Positions 11,401-22,744 of a DNA stretch of 64,000 bases are shown here, piece by piece; the first letter of the stretch is position 1, and the number at the start of each line of letters is the position of its first letter. Source of the DNA: Sphyrna mokarran (lineage: Eukaryota); NCBI GenBank assembly GCA_024679065.1, contig JAGIQG010000009.1, positions 90,830,001 through 90,894,000 on the forward strand, given 5' to 3'. The notes beneath the pieces were generated by a model. The model made no database searches. It was not told where the DNA came from and worked only from the letters and a program-made list of their open reading frames with translations. The position numbers and the translations under genes were made by a program.

Positions 11401-13067
11401 GTGACGAAAACGGTCGACGAAGGGCAAGCCGTTGATGTCATCTATATGGATTTTAGTAAGGTGTTTGACAAAGTCCCTCATGGGAGGTTAGTTGAGAAGG
11501 CCAAGACTAATGGTATATAAGGACAGGTAGCTAGATAGATAAGTAACCGGCTTGGTAATAGGAGACAGAGAGTAATAGTGGAAGGGTGTTTTTCTAGCTG
11601 GCGGTCGGTCACTAGTGGTGTGCCGCAAGGCTCGGTACTGGGACCTCTTCTATTTGTAATATATATAAATGACTTGGAAGAGGGAGTAAGTGGGGTGATC
11701 AGCAAGTTTGCAAACGATACAAAGATGGCTGGACTTGTGGATAGTGAGGAGCATTGTCAGGCGATGGAGCAGGACATAGATAGGCTGGTAGCTTGGGCAG
11801 ACAGATGGCAGATGGAATTCAATTCTGATAAATGTGAGGTGTTGCATTTTGGGAGAAAGAATGTAGGGGGTGGGTATATGATAAAGGGAAGACCTATTAA
11901 GAGTATAGAAACGCAGAGGGACCTGGGGGTGCAAGTGAACAAGTCTCTGAAGGTGGCAAAGCAAGTGGAGAAGGTTGTGAAGAAAGCATATAGTATGTTA
12001 GCCTTTATAGGAAGGAGTATAGAGTACAAGAGCTGGCCTTTAATGTTGCAGTTGTATAAAACGCTGGTTAGACCTCATTTGGAATGTTGCGTCCAGTTCT
12101 GGTCGCCTTACTACCGGAAGGACGTGGAGACTCTGGAGAGAGTGCAGAGGAGGTTTACCAGGATTCTGTCTGGTATGGAAGGTCTGAGTTACGAGGAGAG
12201 ATTAGGCAAATTGGGACTGTTTTCCTTAGAAAGATGTAGACTTAGAGAAGATCTGATAGAGGTGTACAAGATTATGAGGGGTATAGATAGAGTAAACAGG
12301 GTTAAGCTTTTTCCTAGGATGGACTCAAATAGCACGAGGGGTCACGGGCTTAGGGTGAGGAGGGTAAGGTATAATTTGGATGCTAGAGGGAGTTTTTTCA
12401 CACAGAGGGTGGTGGGGGTATGGAATGCGCTGCCAAGTAAAGTGGTGGAGGCAGGTACTCTGGAGTTATTTAAGAAATACTTAGATGGGCACATGAACAG
12501 AATGGGAATGGAAGGGTATAGAAAACTGATTTAAACTAGGGATCATGAGCCTTTGGAGTCCCTGGGAAGTGTGTAAATAGATGATATTGATGTATTTGTT
12601 TTTATCCTACAGGTGCTTTGGTCCACCTTGTTGTCTAACGAGGGGCATACACACAAAGGGTCATGAGAGGGCTGCTCTTGGATCTTTTTCGAAAGTATCC
12701 TAGTGCTTCACGTCGTTAGTGTACACTTGACCTGGACCATTTGATGAGCAATACGACAACTCAGTGACTATCGCTGTGCTGTGCAGATACATGGATTTGG
12801 GCCTGCGTCTGTGGGAGTTTGTGCATTCTCCCCGTGCTTGCGTGGGTTTTCTCCGGGAGCTCCGGTTTCCTCCCACATCCCAAAGATGTGCTCTTAGGCT
12901 AATTGGCAAAACAAATTCTCCCTAAATTGTCTCAAATTTTAATTCATAGATCTATAAACATAGATAGCGATCGTGGGTAGAGGTGGGAACACCGGGGTGG
13001 CAGCGCGGGCTCGTTGGGCCGAAGGGCCTGTTTCCCGTGCTGTTTTGTTCTTCGTTCTTTGTTCTTT
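8421..13067 (+). mobile_element. Near full-length CR1 LINE (ORF1 Zn-finger/coiled-coil plus SGNH esterase; ORF2 APE-RT) with SINE-containing 3' UTR
   Basis: ORF1 pieces at 8726-9639 (CxxC..CxxC, leucine heptads, CLPGA, HLNGKG). ORF2 pieces at 9687-12534 (VAVTETW, GDFN, SDH, GVPQGSVLGP, FANDTK) with frameshifts and stops. The tail is (GTTCTTT)n. Candidate TSD TTGAG at 8416-8420 / 13066-13070. It is inserted in an older LINE 3' fragment (8230-8420, 13070-13150). Confidence 0.93.
9687..12534 (+). pseudogene. Disrupted CR1 ORF2 (endonuclease-reverse transcriptase)
   Basis: Three ORF-track segments (9687-10775, 10777-11322, 11578-12534) are separated by a frameshift and in-frame stops. The catalytic FADD motif reads FAND. 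Confidence 0.9.
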
Positions 13068-13916
13068 GAGGAGGTGCTGCCCAAGGAGTCTTGTGAGTTC
13101 CTGCAATGCATCTTGTAAATGGTACACAGGGCTGCTACTGAGTGTGCCATACTGATAGGGTGGTCAGTATTAGTTACTACAATAGTTGTCTATAAAGTGC
13201 CCCTTAACTGGCCTAACATTTTCTATTGATGCAAGACAGTAAGAACTATCCGAATTTCATGATTTCAGTCACATTTTTCGATGGTTCCCAGAGCAGGAAA
13301 ATTGGCCATCGGAAGTTTGCTTTCTCGGACATTTGCCATGCAATCCTTACTTGGGAATTGAACGGAGCGGTGATCTCCCCGGCTCCCTCCCACCTCCCCA
13401 TCCAATGCCCTGGACCTGTATTATTGTTGTCAGTACGATTCCCGTTCTGTCCACACTGTGTCAGGAAATTGCATCCAAAGAATTTAAGCAGAGTCGAGCA
13501 AAGGTTGGAATTAGGTGCGGTGGGGTCGGGGGTGGGAGGGCGGCGGGGTGGGCGGGGGTGGTGACAGTGAAAACGCTTGGAGACGACAATGTTGTATATT
13601 GGGAGGAATTTGCAAGAGCAGAGGGGTGCAGAATGTATGATTTTGAGCAGGAACTTTTGAGTCGAGTGCCGGTTGGAGAGCGGAGCTAACTGTGGGTCTG
13701 TCTGAGTTTCTGGTGACTGGGGCTGCTTTGACTTGCCGGGGATTCCCAGGAAGAGCAAGTGTCTCCCATACACAGCAAAGCTCCATTCGAGCAGAATAGG
13801 TGTGGAAATTCCCCGGTACTCTCCCCGACTGCTGGAGCAGGAAAGAAATGGGCATCAGCACACACAAATTGTTCAATGTGTCTAAGAGGAGTGGAGCGGA
13901 CAATGTAAACACTAGC

Positions 13917-14100
13917 AAAGATGTGCTCTTAGGCTGATTGGCAGAACAAATTCTCCCTAAATTGTCTCAAATTTGGTTTCAATCCATAGATCTATAAACA
14001 TAGACAGGGATTACGGGTAGAAGTGGGAACATTGAGGTGGCGGCACAGGCTTGTTGGGCCAAAGGGCCTGTTTCCCGTGATGTTTTTGTTCTTTGTTCTT
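13917..14100 (+). mobile_element. 3' fragment of the SINE-tailed CR1 family
   Basis: Matches ~12882-13067. Confidence 0.85.
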
Positions 14101-16044
14101 TAACAACTGGAATCATCACACTGCCAACATGTTATCACATACTCTCACACTGTCCTAGCCTACAGTATAGCATTTCCATCTCTGAATCAGGGTGTCAACA
14201 ACGACAACACTTTGGCTGTGACCCTCATTTCTGGAAATGTTTTCAACAAGAACCAGTTCACACACTGTATTTATGCCATTCATTCCCTGATCCACTCTAC
14301 AGTCAGGCTGTGTGCAGTGTAACAGTCTGAGAGTCAGTTCACAGAATCAAACTGTAACCTCACTCCAGACTGTAATTGCACTGCACAGTCTGACCCTGTA
14401 AACTCAATCCCAGACTGTTTTTATATTGCAGTCTGACCTGTGAATTCAGTCCCCTTGCACTCAGTCTGACCTTGTGAACTCTCTGTAGGTTCACTGATGA
14501 CAGTTTGACTTCATGAACACAGTCCCAGCCTGTAATTATATTGCACACAATCTGACCCTTTGAATTCACTAACAGACTGTAGTCACACTGCACACAATCT
14601 GACTCTGTGTGTACTCACTGACTGTAGTTACCCTGCAGATATACTGCACATAGTCTGATCCTGTGAAACGACTCCCAGACTGTAATTACATGTCACAATG
14701 TTTTCCCTGTAAACACATTCCTGGGCTGTTGTTATACTGTCCACAGTTTTACCCAGTGAACTCCCAGACTGTAATTACACTGCCCATAATTTGACTTTGT
14801 GAATGTACTTCCAGACTGTAGTTACATTACATACAGTTTGACCCTGCAAACTTTGGGAATGAGTTCACAGGGCCAGATTTTTTGTGTTTTTACTACAGTC
14901 TGTGAGGTAGTTTGTAGGGTCAAACTGTGTGGTGTAGCAGACTTCTGGGAGTGAGTTCACAGGGTTAATTTCATCAGTGTAACTACAGACTAAGAAGGGA
15001 GAAAAGACTCAAACTGCAATATATTTACATTCTGTGTGAGTTCACAGAGTTAAACTGCATGCAGTGAAACTACAGCCTGGGAGTGAGTTCAGAGTTAGAC
15101 TGTGAAGTATAATTACAGTCTGAAAGTTAGTTCACTGGGTCAGAATATGTGCATTGTTACTACAGCCTAGTGGAGCCTAGGAGTGAGTCTACAGGGTCAG
15201 ATTGTGTGCATTTTAACTATAGTCTGAGAATTTGTTCTCATGACCAGAATACATGCAGTATGAATAAAATTTGGTTGTGAGTTCATATGGTGAGACTGTG
15301 TACAGTGTATCTACAGTCTGAAGTAGTTTGACCTTGCAAACTCACTCATGTACTGTAATGTAACTGCATACAGTCTGACCCTGTCAATTCACACCCAGAC
15401 TGAAAATACATTGCATACACTTTGATCCTGTAACTGTCTCCCAGATTGTAGTTACACTGCACACACTTAGACCCCATGAACTCAGTCCCAGATTGTGGAC
15501 AGTATGACAGTGAATTCAATTGCAGACTGTAATTACATTGCATAAACTCACACTATGAACTCAATCCCTGATTCTAGTTACAAAGCACACATTCTGACTT
15601 TGTAATCCCATTCCCAAACTGTAGTTACAGTACACAGAGATTGCCCTGTAAACTCACTCCCAAACTGTAGTTACACTGCCCACAGTTTGACCCAGTGAGC
15701 ACACTCCCAGATTGTAGTTATACTGTACACAGTCTGACCTTGTAACCATCACTCCCAGACTGTAGTTAAACTATACAGTCTGATCCTGTGAACACACTTC
15801 CAGACTGCAGTTACACCGTCCACAGTTTGACCCAGTGAACATCACTCCCAGACTGTAGTTATAATGTACACAGTCTGACCAAGTGAACATCACTCCCACT
15901 CTGTAGTTAAACTGTACACAGTCTGACCCTGTAAATTCACTCCAAGACTGTAGTTACACTGCACACAGTCTGACCCTGTGATCTCTCTCTAGGAGTGAGT
16001 TCACAGGATCAGCTTTTTTGCTGTGTAATTACAGTCTTGAGAAT

Positions 16045-16339
16045 AAAGAACAAAACAGCATGGGAAACAGGCCCTTTGGCCCAATGAGCCTGCGCCGCCA
16101 CCCTGATGTTCCCACCTCTACCCATGATCCCTGTCCATGTTTATAGATCTATGGATTAAAAACCAAATTTGAGACAATTTAGGGAGAATTTGTTTTGCCA
16201 ATTAGCCTAAGAGCACATTTTTGGGATGTGGGAGGAAACCGGAGCACCCGGAGAAAACCCACGCAAGCACGAGGAGAATGCGCAAACTCCCACAGACACA
16301 GGCCCAAATCCATGTATCTGCACAGCACAGCGATAGTCA
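16045..16339 (-). mobile_element. 3' fragment of the SINE-tailed CR1 family
   Basis: Reverse complement of ~12765-13060; inserted in the 47-bp satellite. Confidence 0.85.
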
Positions 16340-16439
16340 TATAAACCACCCCAAACCCCCTAATTAGCTTCCAATCCATAACTCACTCCCGAATATCTAT
16401 TATTCTATATATAAACCCCACTGAAACGCTTTGATTAGG

Positions 16440-17242
16440 TTTCAGTCTGTAACAAGTTGCGTGGAGGACACAGAAAATCTGCAGAGAGATCTGGATAGGC
16501 TGAGTGAGTAGGCAAGGACCTAGTAGATGGAGTATAATGTTAGCAAATATGAGGTTATCCACTTTGGTAGAAATAATAGTAGGAGGGATTATTATTTAAA
16601 GGGTGAAAAGCTGCAGCATGCTACAGTGCAAGAGACCTGGGGGTTCCTGTGCACGAATCGCAAAAACCCAGTCTGCAGGTGTAGCAGGTGATCAAGAAGG
16701 TGAATGGAATGTTGGCCTTTATAGCGAGGGGGATAGAATATAAAAGCAGGGAGGTTTTGCTGCAACTTTACAGAGTACTGGTGAGGCTGCAACTGGAGTG
16801 CTGTGTGCAGTTTTGGTAGCCTTATTTGCGAAAGGATATATTGGCCTTGGAGGGAGTACAGAGAAGTTCACCAAGTTGATAATAGAGATGAGGAGATTAG
16901 CTTATGAACAGAGATTGAATAGACTGGATCTGTACTCATTAGAGCTTAGGAGGCTGAGGGAGGATCTTATAGAGACTTACAAGATAATGAAGGGGCTAAA
17001 CAGGGTAGAGGTAGAGAGATACTTCCCACTTAAAACAATAGCAGAACTACAAGCACAGCCTCAAAATAAGGGGAGGACAGTTTAGAGCGGAGTTGAGAGG
17101 AACTTCTTCACTCAAAGGGTGATGAGTCTCTGGAATTCTCTGCCCATTGAAGTGATGGAGGCTACTTCGTTGAATATATTTAAGTAACAGATAAATACGT
17201 TTCTTATAGACACGGGAATTCAGGGTTATGGGAAGAAAGGGT
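16440..17242 (+). mobile_element. CR1 ORF2 3' fragment inside the satellite
   Basis: LYSLELRRLREDLIETYKIMKG motif and FFTQRV. Confidence 0.85.
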
Positions 17243-19674
17243 TAAAGTGTTCACAGGGTCAAACTGTGCAATGTTACTGACTCTAGGAGTGAGTTCTTGG
17301 GATTGAACTCTCAGTGTAACAGGAAGAAATAAAACAGTCAAACTGCAATATATTTCATGAGTGAGTTCATAGAGTCAGACTGTGTGCGGTATAAGTACAG
17401 TCTGAAAATTGGTTCACAAGGTCAGATTGTGTGCAGTGAAATTATAATCTGAGAATTTATTCACATGATTAGACTACATGTAGCATGTCTAAAATTTAGT
17501 TGTAAGTTCACAAGGTCAAACCATGTGCAATGTACCTATAGTCTGAAGCAGTTTGACCCTGCAAACTCACGTCCAGACTGAACTCATACTACACACAGCC
17601 TGAACCTGCAAACTCACTCATGGACTATTGTATAAGTGTGCACAGTCTGACCCTATGATTGCACTCCCAGACTTCAGTTACAATGCACACAGTCTGACCA
17701 AGTGAACTCATAGGGTCAGGCTGTGTGGAGTGTAATTACAGTCTGGGAGTGAGTTCACAAGTTCAGATTGTGCACTACAACTATAGTCTGGGACTGAATT
17801 CATTGGTCAAACTGTTTATAGTATAAATACAGTCTAGGACTGAGATCATAGGGTCACAGGGTGACAGCAATCTGAGATGAGTTCACAGGGTCAGACTATG
17901 TGCAGTCTAATCTACACATCTCAGGACACTAAGGGCAATTTTTTAGCATGGCCAATCAACCTAACCCACACATCTTTGGACTTCACAGTGAGTGAAGTTC
18001 AAGAGTCAGTTTATGTGCCGTGTAACTACAGTCTGGGAAAGGGTCAAACTGTCATCAGTGAACTACATCTGGGAGTGAATTCATAGGGTCATATTGAGTG
18101 CAGGATATCTACAGTCTGTGACTGAATTCACAAGTCAGACTGTTTACAGTATAACAACAGTCTGGGATTGAGATCACAATGTCATAGAGTAACTGCTGCC
18201 TGTGAGTGACTTCAGTCTGGGATTGAGTTCACAGGATTAGACTGTGCACTGTAACTGCAGTCTGAAAGTGAGTATACAAGATGAGACTGTGCAGTATAAC
18301 TACAGTCTGGCAGTGACTTTACAGGATGAGATGGTACAGTCTAACTACAGTCCAGGGGAAAGCTCACAAGGTCAGACTCATCAATGTGACTGCAGTCTTG
18401 GATTCAGATCAAAGCATCAAACTGCAGCACATTGATAGTCTGAGAGTGAATTCACATGGTCAGATAGTGCATTGCAACTGCAGTCTGGGAGTGAGTACAC
18501 AAGATGAGACTGTGTGCAGTATAACTACAATCTAAGATGAGTTTGCAGGGTCAGATTGTGTGCAGTGTATCTACAGTTTGGGAGTCAATTTGCAGGGTCA
18601 GACTGTATGCAGTGTAAGTACAGTTTAGGGAAGAGTTCACAGGATTTTCATACAATCAGACTCATCAGTGTGACTGCAGTCTTGGAGCGAAATCAAACTG
18701 CAGCGTATCTATAATCTGGGGGTGAAATTACAGGGTCAGACTGTGTACAGTGTAACTACAGTCTGAGTGTATTCTGTTAATGTGATGACAGGGTCAGACT
18801 GTGCACAGTGCAATTACAATTACTAGAGTCTAGGAGACAATTCACAGGGTCACACTTTGTGTTATTATCCACAGTCAGAAAGTGGGTTTATGGGGTCAGA
18901 CTGTGTGCCGTTTAACTAAAGCCTGGAAGTCAGTTCACAGGATCAGATTGTACAGTGTAATTCAATCTGTGAGTGTGCTCTGTTAATGTGATGACAGGGT
19001 CAGACTGTATGTAATAGTAATGAGATAATAGGATCAGACTCTTACAGTATAACTACAGCCTGGTAATGAGTTAACAGGGTCAGATTGTGTACAGTTTTAC
19101 TACAATCCAGAGTGAGTTCACAGGTTCAGACTCTATGCAGTGTATCTAGTCTTGGAGTGAGTTCACAGAGTCCGACTGTGTGCAGTGTAACTACAGTCTG
19201 GGGGAGTATTCACAAGGTCAGACTGTCATCAGTGCAACTATAGTTTGGGAGTGAGTTCAAAGTGTCAAACTGCAGTGTATCTACAGTCTGAGAGTGAATT
19301 CAGAGCATCAGACTGTGTTGTTTCTAAAGCCTAGGAGACAATTCACAGAGTCAGACTTTGTGCTATAATCTACAGTCAGCAAATCAATTAACGGGGTCAG
19401 ATTGTGCAATGCAACTGCAATCTGAGAGTGAGTTCACAGGACAGACTGTGCACGGTATAACTACAGTTTAGGAGACAGTTCATAGGGTCAGACTGTGTGC
19501 AGTATAACTACAGACTGGTTATAGGTTCACAGAGTCAACTACAGTCTGGAAGCAATATTGAAAAGTCACAGTGTAGCACATCCTGGATGTGAATTCACAG
19601 AGACAGACTGTGTGCAGTATAACCACTGTTTTGGCCACAGTTTTGCAGAGTCAGACATTGTTCAGTGTAACTAT

Positions 19675-19983
19675 ATCGCTTCTCGGCCTTTTGGCTAAGA
19701 TTAAGTGTAGTATCAATATGCTACGCAAGGTTGAAGTCATTAGGTTACATTTCAGCTTCATTGGAAGCAATTTTTCAAAATGGCGTCATGGCCTTTTGGC
19801 TAAGATGCAAATGAGATCAAGCTTTGGAGAAGGAGCTATGCTTATTCCAATCAGCTTGGATCATGTAGCTCAAGCCCAAGACAGGTGAGAGCCCTGTCTT
19901 GTCAGCTTGGATTGGGAATGTCTCAACTTGTTGAGACTCTGAATTGGACTTGATTTGATTGAATTGGAATAAGAATAAAAAAA
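19675..19983 (+). mobile_element. U2 snRNA-headed SINE-like retroposon (SINEU-like), copy 2
   Basis: 19675-19714 matches U2 snRNA nt 1-40 (39/40 vs recalled vertebrate U2). A second U2 fragment GGCCTTTTGGCTAAGAT lies at 19790-19806. The body is shared with 5990-6305. It has an A-rich tail and TSD AACTAT (19669-19674 / 19984-19989) interrupting a satellite unit. Confidence 0.88.
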
Positions 19984-20224
19984 AACTATAGTCTGTGTGT
20001 GAGATCACAGGGTCAAACTATGGGCACTAAAACTACAGGCTGGGAGTTCACAGGCTCGTACTATATAGTTTAGCTGCAGTTAGCGGCTGAATTCACACAT
20101 CTGGCTTTATATAGTATAACTATAGTCCTGGAGTGAGTTCACTGTGTGCAGTATGACTACAGTCTGGGAGCAAGTTCACTGGGCCAGAGTGTGTGCTCTA
20201 TAAACAACAGTGTTGGAGTGAGTT

Positions 20225-20570
20225 AGGGTAGTTCAGTGCTACAGTGATTAGCACTATTGCCTCACAGCTCCAGGGATCCAGGTTCAATTGGACGACTGTT
20301 TGTGTTGAGTTTGCAAGTTTTCCCTGTGTCTCCGTTGGTTTCCTATGGGTGCTTTGGTTTTCTGCCACAGTCCAAAGATGTGCAGGTTAGGTATATTGGC
20401 CATGCTAAATTGCCCCTTAATGTCCAAAGATGAGATTAGCGGGTAAATGTGTGGTGTTGCGGGGTTAGGATTGGGAATGATCATGGGTATGATGCCCTGT
20501 CAGAAAATCAATGCAGAAACAATGAGCCAAATGGCCCTCTTCTATACCATAGAAATTCTATGGGGAATCT
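20225..20570 (+). mobile_element. HE1-like tRNA/V-domain SINE
   Basis: tRNA head (CAGTGATTAGCAC..GGTTCAA), V-domain and CR1-type tail. Confidence 0.75.
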
Positions 20571-21014
20571 GTTTTCAGTGTAGCTATGCTTTGGGACTGA
20601 CTTCACAGGATCATAGAGTAACTACAGACTGGAGTGAGTTCACAGGGTCAGACTGTGTGCAGTATAATTACAGTCTGCGAGAGAGTTCACTGGGTCAAAG
20701 AACCTGCAGTCCGCGAGTGAGTTAACAGGGCCGGAATGTTTATATGTTAGTATACCTACAGTCAGGAACTGAGTTCACAAGGTCACAGAGAAACTAATTC
20801 TGGATGAGAGTTCGCAGGTTAAGACTATGTGCAGTGTAACTACAGTCTGGGGGTGAGTTCACAGCATCAACTTGTGTGCAATATAATCACAATCTTGGTG
20901 TGATTCACAAGGTCAGACTATGTACTGTAACTACAGAGTGGAGCAGGTGAGTGAAATCTTCCCTCTTTTCCTCTGAAATACTACTGTCTAAAAAGGCCTA
21001 GCATGTAACTTAGT

Positions 21015-21302
21015 TCAAAGGCAATTACAGATGGCCAAGCATACATAGGAACCACCAACACTGGCAAGTTTCTCTCCAAGCCACTCACCATCCTGATTTG
21101 GAAAAATATCCCTGTTTCCTTGCAGTTACTGGGTCAAAATCGTGAATTCCCTCCCTAATGGCATTGTGGGTCAATTCACAGAACATTGATTGCAGCGATT
21201 CAAAATGCAGCTCACCATCATCTTCTCAAGGGCAATCAGAGATGGGCATAAATGCTGGCCTGCCAGCCAGCGACACTGGTCCCATGAATGAATGAATAAA
21301 AA
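21015..21302 (+). mobile_element. LINE 3' fragment (family of 1560-4700)
   Basis: CTCCAAGCCACTCACCATCCTGA..GATGGGCATAAATGCTGGCC..(GAAT)n. Confidence 0.65.
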
Positions 21303-21876
21303 CATTCTGGCCTTATGGGCATCACACACATTTCATAACGGCATCTTTCTTTAAATTGTATATTGAAGAACTCTGAGCATTAAAATATTTTATTTCCTGC
21401 ACAAAAATAAATAAATTGCTTGATTTGACATTTAAATTTAATGTTACGTTTTTGCAGGCCTGTCGTTGCAGAGCGAAGAAAACTTTTTGTTTTGTTCGTA
21501 CACATAAGAGTCTATAAACCCACCATTAAAAATGTACTTCCTATCACTGCAACATGACAGCGCACATGTCACAATAGCTTCCAGGAACTACAATGGAACA
21601 CAACTCCAGAAAACCCATCACACACCCAGCCTTTCTTTGAATCCAGTTCCCATCAGCTCACTGCCATTAACTGTGTTCACCAGGACATCAGTGTGGAACT
21701 GCGGCTCAATCAAATCTTTGTGTTTATATAGTCTAAGCCTTTATTTCTAATTTCAAATAGTCAAATACAGTCTTGGACAGACTCCCATCTTTGTCCCTCC
21801 ACATATTCCATGTTATTTAAATTTTTGCTGCATTTTCCTATCTCACACCAAATTACAGTGGCCCTGTGTTGATTTT

Positions 21877-22207
21877 GGTGGCATAGTTACACAGTGATTA
21901 GCACTGGTACCTCACATCTTAGGGACCTGGGTTCAATTCCAGCTTTGAGTGACTGTCTGTATGGAGTTTACACAATCTTCTTGTGTCCGTGTGGGTTTCC
22001 TCCAGGAACTTCAGTTTCCTCTCAGTTTAAAGATGTGCAGGATATGGTGATTGCTCCTTAGTCTTCACTGTAAACATATGGGATTATTGGGGGGGGGGGG
22101 GGAATAATTGGGTTGGGGAAGAGGATCCAGGTGAAGTGCTCTGTCAGAGAGTCGGTGCAGACAATGGGCCAAATGTTGACTTCAGCACTGTAGGGATTCT
22201 ATGATGA
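21877..22207 (+). mobile_element. HE1-like tRNA/V-domain SINE
   Basis: GGTGGCATAGTTACACAGTGATTAGCAC..GGGTTCAATTCC head, V-domain and tail. Confidence 0.78.
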
Positions 22208-22744
22208 TATTAAGATTCTTACCCTTGTATTTAAGCTCTATCCATGGTCTCATCCCTCCTGATGTTTGTAATCTTCTCTTGTTTCACAGCCCTCCCAAAT
22301 ACCCATGATTCTCTAATTTTGATCTTGACACATCACCAGTTTTAAATGCTGCACCACTGGGGACATGTCTTCAGCTTCCAGCAGTCCTGAGCAATGGAAT
22401 TTTCTCCCACTCCTCTTTTTCGTTTCAGACATTCTTAAGATAACTTTTCGACCAAGCCTTATTTGGCTGTGTTAAGTTTTGATTGATAATATACATGTGA
22501 ATAGTCTTTGCAAGTATTATAGATATTATGGTTGTGGTTCTGCCTGTTAATCCTGAACCTGCATGCTTGGAACATCACTATAAGTAGTGGGCTCAATGTC
22601 TCAATGAGTTATCATCTAGTTCTTTCTAGTCTACTACCTTTAAAATGGACATACAAATCTGGGATTACTCACACTAAAACTAGGGCGAATGAGCTGTTTG
22701 TCTCCATAGTTAAATGAGACAACAAGGGAGATAAAGAGAAAGGT

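Larger units (their letters stand above)
14290..20940. repeat. ~47-bp minisatellite array with alternating orientation blocks
   Basis: Consensus is approximately GGGAGTGAGTTCACAGGGTCAGACTGTGTGCAGTGTAACTACAGTCT. The array is interrupted by CR1, SINE and U2-SINE insertions. Confidence 0.92.

Noticed and set aside
12700-12909. Recurrent small ORF MPISLRAHLWDVGGNRS.. (also 25516-25725)
   Set aside because: It is the antisense translation of the V-SINE domain. Recurrence reflects repeat copies, not coding conservation.
19675-19714. Functional U2 snRNA gene (also 6266-6305)
   Set aside because: Only nt 1-40 are present. There is no Sm site, 3' stem-loops, PSE or 3' box, and the fragment is part of a retroposon.
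20225-20295. tRNA genes (also 21877 and 44390)
   Set aside because: These are degenerate tRNA-derived SINE heads followed by V-domains, with no complete cloverleaf.
14290-20940. CRISPR-like array or RAG recombination-signal array (palindromic unit, CACAG heptamer-like words)
   Set aside because: Units are contiguous with no unique spacers and no cas genes, in a vertebrate context. No ACAAAAACC nonamer at 12/23 spacing. It is a minisatellite.
22089-22102. Poly-G runs (also ~26747-26762) as regulatory G-quadruplexes
   Set aside because: They are simple homopolymers within or near decayed repeats. Their length is unreliable and nothing else supports a function.
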